DNA of 43,220 nucleotides from Octopus bimaculoides (lineage: Eukaryota): contig NC_068983.1 in the NCBI RefSeq assembly GCF_001194135.2, forward strand, positions 158,600,142-158,643,361. Direction: 5' to 3'. Below the pieces are notes generated by a model. That model ran no database searches and was not told where the DNA came from. It saw nothing but the letters and a program-made list of their open reading frames with translations. Below are positions 34,470 through 43,220 of this stretch, in pieces. Positions within the stretch are counted from its first letter, which is position 1; each line of letters begins with the position of its first letter. The position numbers were made by a program, and so were the translations under genes.

Positions 34470-35262
34470 TGAATACCCATCAGAGTGTAAGTATCTTGAG
34501 AGAAAAGCTGAACATTAGAAGCATCAGTTGTGGTGTGCAAGAGAGACGATTGCGCTGGTATGGACATGTGGTGAGAATGGATGAGGATAGCTGCGTGAAA
34601 AAGTGCCACACCCTAACAGTTGAGGGAACCCGTGGAAGAGGTAGGCCCAGGAAGACCTGGGCTGAGGTGGTGAGGCAAGACCTTCGTACATTGGGCCTCA
34701 CTGAGGCGATGACTACTGACCGAGACCTTTGGAAATGTGCTGTGCATGAGAAGACCCGGCAAGCCAAGTAAGATCGTTGCCAGTGCCCCTGGACTGGTTC
34801 TTGTGCGGGTGGCACATGAGATGCACNNNNNNNNNNNNNNNNNNNNNNNNNNNNNNNNNNNNNNNNNNNNNNNNNNNNNNNNNNNNNNNNNNNNNNNNNN
34901 NNNNNNNNNNNNNNNNNNNNNNNNNNNNNNNNNNNNNNNNNNNNNNNNNNNNNNNNNNNNNNNNNNNNNNNNNNNNNNNNNNNNNNNNNNNNNNNNNNNN
35001 NNNNNNNNNNNNNNGCTTGTGCGGGTGGCACATAAAAGACACCATTTCGAGCGTGGCTGTTTTCGTGCGGGTGACACGTAAAAGCACCCACTACACTCTC
35101 TGAGTGGTTGGCATTAGGAAGGGCATCCAGCTGTAGAAACTCTGCCAAATTAGACTGGAGCCTGGTGTTGCCATCCGGTTTCACCAGTCCTCAGTCAAAT
35201 CGTCCAACCCATGCTAGCATGGAAAGCGGACGTTAAACGATGATGATGATGATGATGATGAT
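34470..35262 (+). mobile_element. Young 5'-truncated RTE LINE: intact ORF C-terminus, 3'UTR (gap inside), (GAT)n tail
   Basis: RRLRWYGHVVRM..GRGRPRKTWAEVVRQDL..DRDLWK..KTRQAK* runs directly into the tandem-unit UTR. Confidence 0.93.
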
Positions 35263-35487
35263 ATAGGAAAATTAATCATGTACACCTTCCACATTAAAAA
35301 TATACAGTAAAGTGCAGCTTATTGCTCTTAAAGTGATGAGCTGAAAATAACTTTTAGTTAATTAAAACCGTAATCATAACAGGAAAAAAAATCATTTCCA
35401 TTAATGAAAATTATTCTCAAAAGGTACCAAGAAAAGAACTCTACAAATTTATATTAACCAAATATAACTAAGTATTGCTATGTTAAA

Positions 35488-35866
35488 TGTTGTTGTTGTT
35501 GTTGGCACTCCGTCACTTATGATGTCAAGGGTTCCAGTTGATCCGATCAACGGAACAGCCTGCTCGTGAAATTAACGTGCAAGTGGCTGAGCATTCCACA
35601 GACACGTGTACCCTTAACGTAGTTCCTGGGGACATTCAGCGTAAAACAGTGTGACAAGGCTGACCCTTTGAATTACAGGCACAACAGAAACAGGAAGTAA
35701 GAGTGAGAGAAAGTTGTGGTGAAAGAATACAGCAGGGTTTGCCACCATCCCCTGCTGGAGCCTCGTGGAGCTTTAGGTGTTTTCGCTCAATAAACACTCT
35801 CTATCGAAACCGCGATCCTATGACTGTGAGTCGGCTGCCCTAACCACTGGGTCATTGCACCTCCAC
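35488..35866 (-). mobile_element. SINE family D
   Basis: High similarity to 17429-17815. Confidence 0.92.
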
Positions 35867-36321
35867 TTAGTAGTATTAACATTCATTGTAACAGAAGTGC
35901 TGACTAATAAATCTATAGTTCTGTTCTGTAGCACATTATGACAAAATAAATTTCACTACACACATATAGTAGACAACAGTGAATATCTCCAGGTAAATAA
36001 CCATACAAGTTTTATGTATCTCTGTCTGCATGTGTATGTGTCCTTAAGTATCACTATCATACAAGTGGTGTTAGTTTTCAGTTTGCTATGAAAACATGTT
36101 TGACCATGTAGAAGTGTTGATCAAAGGAGGGGCATCAAACTGTAGAAAATATACCTCAATGAATTCTATTTGATTCAGGCAAGCCTGGATGCTAACATAA
36201 TGATGATGATGATGATGATGACAGTGATGTTTACATGTGTATGTGTGTGTATGTGTGCATTAAAAAGGCACTACAACAATACAGCATTGTCAATATAGTG
36301 AAAATCAATACCAAGCTGCTT

Positions 36322-36710
36322 TTGTTGTTGTTGGCACTCCGTTGCTTACGACGTCGAGGGTTCCAGTTGATCCGATAAACGGAACAGCCTGCTCGTGAAA
36401 TTAACGTGCAAGTGGCTGAGCACTCCACAGACACGTGTACCCTTAATGTAGTTCTCTGGGATATTTCAGCGTGACACAGTGTGACAAGGCTGACCCTTTG
36501 AATTACAGGCACAACAGAAACAGGAAGTAAGAGTGAGAGAATGCTGTGGTGAAAGAGGACAGCAGGGTTTGCCACCATCCCCTGCCGGAGCCTCGTGGAA
36601 CTTTAGGTGTTTTCGTTCAATAAACACTCACAACGCCCTGTCTGGGAATTGAAACCGCGATCCTATGACCCGAGTCCGCTGCCCTAACCACTGGGCTATT
36701 GCGCCTCCAC
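36322..36710 (-). mobile_element. SINE family D with 13-bp TSD
   Basis: TSD aatac(c/g)aagctgc at 36307-36319 and 36711-36723. Confidence 0.92.
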
Positions 36711-37759
36711 AATACGAAGCTGCACATAGTTGTTTTTATTCAATTGTGGAAGCAAATTCAAACCATGACTTATGAATGGTGCTAATGAATTAAGTATGCC
36801 AGTGGATCTGAAGGACTCCCTCATGTTTGCAATTTATGAATAGCAATGCTCAACGTTATGGCATGATCTGACTTTTTAATAAAAATGATCCTACTTGTTG
36901 AGGTGATTATGTCATGAGAAAGAAATATAAAGTTAGTTATGAAAGGGAGAATAAAATAAGTGAAATTTAGGGAGTCCTGTGAGGTACTTGGATGGCAATG
37001 TAAAGTATTTCCAGTATAAAGTATTTCCAATGTAAAGTATTTCTAGAGGTAAGATAAGAATTTGTAACTAGATCATCACTGTCCTACCTGGTTGCAGAGT
37101 GCAGCTGGAAATGCTTCATCATGAATATGGCTGGAGAATATGAGAGAAAACTAAACTTGTGAGTGGAGAATAAATCCTCTGCAAGTAATAATTTAAAATG
37201 ATTGGTGGAAGGGAGTTGTTTAACAGTATGGTTGGATGGGTGACAGGAGAAAAACAGTATGCTGGGCCAACTAAAACTGGATATTTCCCACCAACATCAC
37301 TGATGCTCAGTACTGCTGAAGTGAATACTGCCTCTATTGTGTTCTCTACTCAACAGCTAATGAACAAAATGTCCCAGAATACAAGCTTTTTGAAAAATAA
37401 AATAGTTAATATTTAATGTATTTTGAGAATGTAGATGGTTGTGTTATAAAACTACTGAAGTGGGCAATATTCTTAATGTTTAAATAACCCAGTTAGGTAA
37501 TTGTAAACAAGTTTCACGGTATTTTAATAACAGCTGTCGGCAACAACCTTGTAAAATTGTTGATTGCTTCGCCAGCTAAAAGTGTCAAGTTTGATACTTC
37601 CTGTGACCAGAAGAATAATTAGATCCCAGAACTCCATAGAGTTGACCAATTGATGGTTATTGATCATCATCAGAAAAAAAAAAAGGATTAGATCTTCTAC
37701 AGCAAACAGTTTAACATAGGTAAAAGAAAATATAACAGATTTGTTGTTCAGCTGTTGTT

Positions 37760-38100
37760 TTCTTTTTGTTTGAAAATAAAGACCCCCTTTCAGTCATGAA
37801 TGACCATGGGATTGCACTTAGGAAGTCCCCTCCTAAGTATAAGTCTGGGCAAAGCTATTTATGGAAGACCAGCAGTTGCCCATGTATACCAGCCTCCCCT
37901 CTTCACAATACTGATGTTATCCAAGGAATAAGCAAAGGCCGATACAGCCTGGTATCAGTGACATCACAAACAGCTGAGTGAACTGGAGCAACGTGAAATA
38001 AAGTGCCTTGCTCAAGAACACAACACACAGCCTGGTTCAGGTATTGAACTCACTACTTCATGTTTGTGAGCCTGATGCTCTAATCACTGAGCCATGCACC
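37760..38100 (-). mobile_element. tRNA-derived CORE-like SINE (family E)
   Basis: Minus head ggtgcatggctcagtgattag..gagttcaata, core cttgagcaaggcactttatttcac. Confidence 0.75.
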
Positions 38101-38280
38101 ATCATAGTTAAGCAATCCTAAATTACACTCAGCGGTTAGAACTTCATCCAATGTTGACTTTACTTTTCTGTTTCTGAACATGATCAAATAAGTCAAGTGC
38201 TGAGTCTGGTTTACATGTCTGTGTGCTCCTCCCTAATTTATATCACTGTAGCAGAGTTAAAAATCAATATTTGGAAATAT

Positions 38281-38470
38281 AAGGTAATGAGCTGGCAGAA
38301 TCGTTAGCATGCCGGGTGAAATGCTTTGCAGTATTTCATCTGTCTTTACATTCAGAGTTCAAATTCCACCAAGGTCAACTTTTCCTTTCATCCTTTCTTG
38401 AGTACTGGGGTTGATGTAATCCACTTACCCACTCCCTCGAAATTTCAGGCCTTGTGTCCATAGTAGAAAG
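38281..38470 (+). mobile_element. SINE family B
   Basis: gagctggcagaatcgttagc head. Confidence 0.85.
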
Positions 38471-39105
38471 GAATATTTAGAAATGTATTCTTCAACCAAT
38501 ATTTGTTCAATGATAAAATAATCACTTATTTTAAAGATCATGAAATCTACTGAATTTTTATTTTTAGTGAATAGCAAGAAATTTAAGAGAAAGAGAGTGT
38601 AAAATTGAAACCAGAACACCAAATCTGAGTTAAGAATCTTGTTTTAAGAGTAGTAGTGGTGGTGGTGGTGGTGGGTGCTTGTCCACTAGTGACTGAGGAA
38701 GACCATCACTGACCATTGCCTGTGCAAAATGTCACCAATGCCCATGCATAGAGCTGTTTCACCAGCAGTTGGCTTCACCCAGGTTCATGTCCACAGCTTC
38801 CATGATCTCAAGCACAAGCATAAGATCCCAAAAATGTTCAATGCCATGGACCTCAGAAATTCTGGGTTGTTGTATAGCATGCTGGAAGACTACTGGGAGT
38901 GGGGCACCTCTTAGCTTTTGCTAAAGCATATCTTATAAGAAGGTCATTGATATAATACCAGATATGCAGATAATATGTGTGTGTGTGTGTGTCCTCCTTA
39001 TAATTAATGTAACAGCTTATAGATCTCATTAAATCGTTTTGTAATCCAATTGTTCTGTAACTACTATGCTGTGCCAGGAGTTTAACTTGTAATTTTCATT
39101 TACAG

Positions 39106-39176
39106 CCATCTTACACGCCTTGGTGAAACATATACCAGTGTCTGTAAGCCAAAAAGAGAAACCCTATTTTATACAA
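39106..39176 (+). CDS. Exon HLTRLGETYTSVCKPKRETLFYT(N)
   Basis: ttttcatttacag acceptor, A|gtaagt donor, phase 2->1. Confidence 0.88.
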
Positions 39177-39496
39177 GTAAGTTTAAATCTTAATTTCTTG
39201 GTGGAAAATAATAAAGTAGTCAATCTGCTGGATTCTAGCAATTAACTGGGTGTTTTTTTTTTCTCTTGTATTCCATGTTTTATGGACTTCATTTCTGCAT
39301 AAAACGATTACACTGATTCCTGTATTTCCTTTCTATAAATCTCTCCCACCTCTACCACCACTACCATGACTACCAACATCGCCATCACCATCACCATCAC
39401 CAACACAAACATCACCATCAACACCATACAGTTTCCCATACCCAGTGCTTTTTATAGCCATTTTGGAGAAGATTCCCCACTTCCGGGCTTTTATTG

Positions 39497-39810
39497 AGCA
39501 GGCAGAATCGTAAGCACTGGGCAAAATGCTTAGCAGTATTTTGTCTGCCACTATGTTCTGAGTTCAAATTCTACCAAAGTCAACATTACCTTTCATCCTT
39601 ACGGGGTCGATAAATTAAGTACCAGTTGAGTACTGGGGTCGATGTATTGTTAGCATCTGTCTTTATGTTCAAATTCCACCTAGGTTAACTTTGCCTTTCA
39701 TCCTTTTGGGGTTGATAAAATAAGTACCAGTTGAGTACTGGGGTCAATGTAATCAACTAGCCTCCTCTCCCAAAATTGCAGGCTTTGTGCATTTAGTAGA
39801 AAGGATTATT
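39497..39810 (+). mobile_element. SINE family B with internal duplication of the core
   Basis: The core ttcaaattc...agtactggggtc occurs twice (about 39560-39645 and 39668-39750). Confidence 0.8.
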
Positions 39811-40058
39811 ATTATATATATATTTTTTTGCTCTTCACTTGTTTCTCATAATAACTTTATTGTTAATGATTTTACTGTAATGATGGATAATAGTCTGGGT
39901 TATTAGTTATGATTAATTAAAATTTTAGTTTTAAATTAATTTCATCTGATTCAAATTTTTCCTCAAAAACAATTGTTTTCATGTTCAGTTTTTTTCCTAC
40001 ACATCTTTTTAAACAAATCTTTTCTCTCTCAACCATTACTTACAACTTTCTATTACAG

Positions 40059-40285
40059 ATTATAAAAAGCCTCCGATTACTTACAAGGATTATTTGCCCC
40101 ACCAACTGAAAAATCATCGCTTGAAACATGGTTTTTACTTATCACTACCAAAATTGGAATTGAATCCATTTACAAAAGAGGAATCTCCAAAGAAAAAAGA
40201 TGGAAAAGATCTTCCACTCATCACATTAAGAAACATGCCAAAGTATTTTGTCCCATCTCTGTCTTTAGCTTCACCATCTAGATGA
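40059..40285 (+). CDS. Terminal coding exon YKKPPITYKDYLPHQLKNHRLKHGFYLSLPKLELNPF...KYFVPSLSLASPSR*
   Basis: tttctattacag acceptor, phase 1 start, TGA at 40283-40285. Confidence 0.88.
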
Positions 40286-40294
40286 ATATCTCAA

Positions 40295-40300
40295 AATAAA
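40295..40300 (+). promoter_or_regulatory. Polyadenylation signal AATAAA
   Basis: Canonical hexamer 10 nt after the stop, with T-rich sequence downstream. Confidence 0.55.
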
Positions 40301-41044
40301 CATTATTTTACATTGCTTCGTAGTCTTTTCACAATTATTGGAAATATGGCATATATTTTTTTATATTTTAGAAGGGAACAGTTTGCTGATGTTAGCTATA
40401 CAATAGCAAATTGAGTTGTTGGAATGCTTGCCTTAAGGTTGAAAAACTTATAATTTGTGCCGTTACTAGTGATGTACTGAATTATTGGTCAGGATCCCAA
40501 ACTCTTGGTAACTCAGTATATCTTGATGTTATCATTGAGGAAAGAAGGTACATGTTACTGATGTAGTCAAAAGAAGCACTGCATAATTTACATCTAATTG
40601 TGTAGCTTGCGATACTGAAATGGAATTCTCACTTGGAACTTCTGCAATCAGCTGGAGTTTAGTCTAATGACAGAGATGATAGAATTCTTTAACACATTTG
40701 TAAAATTAACATAGATTACAGTACATTGTGATGATAATTTAAGAAAAGTAGCTATTATTGACTTACTGTTATCAACATAATGAGAACTACAACTACCATT
40801 GTCATTAATAGCAGTATAGCCATATTACACATTCTCAATATTTCTAATTATTACCAAATAATTATTTTATTTTAGAAAGTGGGTAACACAAACATTTTTT
40901 TTATTTAATAACTTGATCTGGAAAAAATGACTTCTCAGACCTTCAAAGATGGGACCCACTTGGTTGATTAATGTTCTGCTTGATCAAGTTCGAGTTGACA
41001 ACTGCAGGAAAAAACATAATCAAGTAGAAAATTCTGTGTACTTA

Positions 41045-41660
41045 GACACAGACTGTGGAGGGTGGGTTATGGACTGTTCCTGATTTTGTCCTTGCTTCTT
41101 TGGTTTTAATGACTAGGCACTTGCTTCCATCGGTCCTGACCCAGATAATCGAGAACACATCCAGTGACACATCAGTCAAGGCTTCCCCCAGTAACAGCTT
41201 CCTCACAAGCCCATTTCTGGGTAAGACTGGCCACCCTGTTCATTACTTCGTTGCAGTTCTTATCCATCTGGAGGTCGGGACCAGCAACAATGAAGCCGTC
41301 CGATGGCATTGATCTCCCCCCCCCCCAGGTGCCCAGCCACAAACACACTGACTTGGCGTTGATTTTGGTCCCTGCAGCCGACTCATATTTCTTTAGAATG
41401 GTTCTGACCGTCTCCACTTAGGAGGCATCTGACACCATGACGGTGACACTGTCTGCTTATGCCAACACCATCCTCCTGTGTCTCAGTTTGAAAAGGATGC
41501 CTCTCAACCGTTCCAACTTCCACAACAGTAGCTCACGAGGCAGCAGGTACAGAAGAGGCAGCAGCGGGCAACCCTGACGGATCAAGTGTGCGATGCAAAA
41601 CTGTTCTGAGAGGTGGCATTGCAGCAATGCAACCTCTGTAAACAGATCCAAAACTGGCCA
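41045..41660 (-). mobile_element. Tx1/L1-clade LINE RT fragment
   Basis: IRQGCPLLPLLY..; LKKYESAAGTKINAKSVCLWLGTW. Confidence 0.8.
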
Positions 41661-41889
41661 CTTTGAGAACAATATCCAAGTATAATATGAAACGGGAATT
41701 GATATCGAACAAAAAGCGAATGAAGATGCTATGTGGGTTGAAGAGTTGGAGCTGTATGGAAAGAAACGTATTTGCTGTGAAAGTGGAAAATATGAAAAAC
41801 ATAAGCGATTATGATGGAATTGATAATACTGCACATTTGTTAGAGATACACGCAAATGACATGAAAATTGGCAAATTTATACTCATTTA

Positions 41890-42245
41890 CACATTTCAGT
41901 CATTTGACTGCGGCCATGCTGGAGCACCACCTTTAGTCGAAGAAATCGACTCTAGGACTTATTCTTTGTAAGCCTAGTACTTATTCTAACGGTCTCTTTC
42001 GCTGAACTGCTAAGTTTCGGGGACATATACACACCAACATCGGTTGTCAAGCGATGGTGGGGGACAAACACTGACACAAAGACACACACACACACATATA
42101 TACAGGACAGGCTTTTTTCAGTTTCCGTCGACAAAATCCACTCACAAGGCTTTGATTCGCCCAAGGCTATAGTAGGAGACACTTGCCCAAGGTGCCACGC
42201 AGTGGGACTGAACTCAGAGCCATGTGGTTGGGAAGCAAGCCGCTT
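41890..42245 (-). mobile_element. SINE family A
   Basis: Reverse-complement match to 460-812. Confidence 0.9.
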
Positions 42246-43159
42246 ACCCTCTAACAAATGTGCAGTATTATCAAATCCATTTTCATCGCTTATATTTTTC
42301 ATATCTTTCATTTTCACGTCAAATTAATTTCTTGGATTTTTCTGATAGGGAATAATGATATAATTAAACAGGGAATTATACTCTTGACACTGGCAAAAAT
42401 TATTGTTTACAAAAACAGCATTAACTGTATTCAGCTGAGTAGACGTCAGTGATTGGTTGAAATTACAGAAATACGACAACTTTAACATGAAATAACTTGC
42501 AATATATAAATTTTGTTAAGAAAGCTAAGAGAAAAAGATGTTTTATATGACACATTCTACCAGTATCCCAAGTTTGAAAGTGTTTCGTTAAGAAAACAAG
42601 TGGTGCCCGTCAAATCAGAAAGATCCCATTTCTTTCCATACAGCCCCAACTCTTCAATCCACATGGTGTCTTCATTCGCTTTTTGTTCTATATTTATATC
42701 CATAGTATATGAAAATTTAAAAGATGATAAGCAAAATATTTTGATGCAATTAAAACGATCTCTACGAAAAAAAATGATTGAGTTTGAGATTCAGTAACAG
42801 TGGAAAACTGGCTGAAACAAAAATGAGATGTTGCTGTACTAAAGCATATTATATCTACAAATATTCCTGACGTCTATAATTTGGTATCTTCTACTGTGGT
42901 TGTGTTGGTTGGAAGTTGGATAATAAAACAGTTATAGTAAAAAGACAGACAAGATCCATGATGGAAAAGACAAATTAGTAGAAACGTCAGCAAAATTGAA
43001 CGCTGGAACAAAGTTACGATAAAAAATGCATCAAAGATTAACTTCCAGGAGTGCGAGATGCTAGGATGATATATTTCTATAAGGGAGAAGCATTCAAGAA
43101 AGCGGCCTTTCCAATAAAGATGAGCTTAAAATTTAGAAAGACGATGTATTTTAGATATT

Positions 43160-43185
43160 TTATATTTTATATATATATGTATGTA

Positions 43186-43220
<35 letters not shown>
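43160..43220. repeat. (AT)n microsatellite at the window end
   Basis: Direct observation. Confidence 0.97.

Larger units (their letters stand above)
1953..40285 (+). other. Partial multi-exon protein-coding gene (3' part, 12 candidate exons, 579-aa C-terminal fragment); uncharacterised large protein, possibly WDR97/WDR87-like
   Basis: AG/GT-bounded exons whose phases chain without a frameshift (lengths 73+131+21+24+396+323+147+103+22+202+71+227 = 1740 nt), ending in TGA and AATAAA. The family guess is from memory of motifs (DILNYFC, RLGETYTSVCKPKRET, LNPF, KYFVPSLS) and is unverified. Confidence 0.75.

Overview
AT-rich, repeat-dense animal genomic DNA. The SINE, RTE and microsatellite landscape suggests Octopus or a close coleoid cephalopod (inference from remembered repeat families, no search run). 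The window has two N gaps (21743-22461, 34827-35014). It holds the 3' part of one large multi-exon + strand gene. By splice-site and phase chaining I reconstruct 12 candidate coding exons (1953-40285), including three micro-exons of 21, 24 and 22 nt, which splice into an uninterrupted 579-aa C-terminal fragment. The stop codon is at 40283-40285 with AATAAA 10 nt later. The product is uncharacterised: a helical HEAT/ARM-like middle and a C-terminus loosely reminiscent of WDR97/WDR87-type proteins (unverified). Exons from 13149 onward are well supported; the upstream ones are less certain. The introns contain several tRNA-derived SINE families, RTE, CR1-like, R4/Dong-like and Tx1-like LINE fragments, mariner and Chapaev-like transposase relics, MITEs of four superfamilies and Helitron-like non-autonomous elements. 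The most notable observations are a tRNA-like cloverleaf between 86-bp direct repeats, twin micro-exons with an identical 16-nt donor context, a structured ~556-bp element in ATT microsatellites, a near-perfect inverted repeat pair around two exons, and a possible interleaved antisense gene. There is no rRNA, CRISPR or prokaryotic system.
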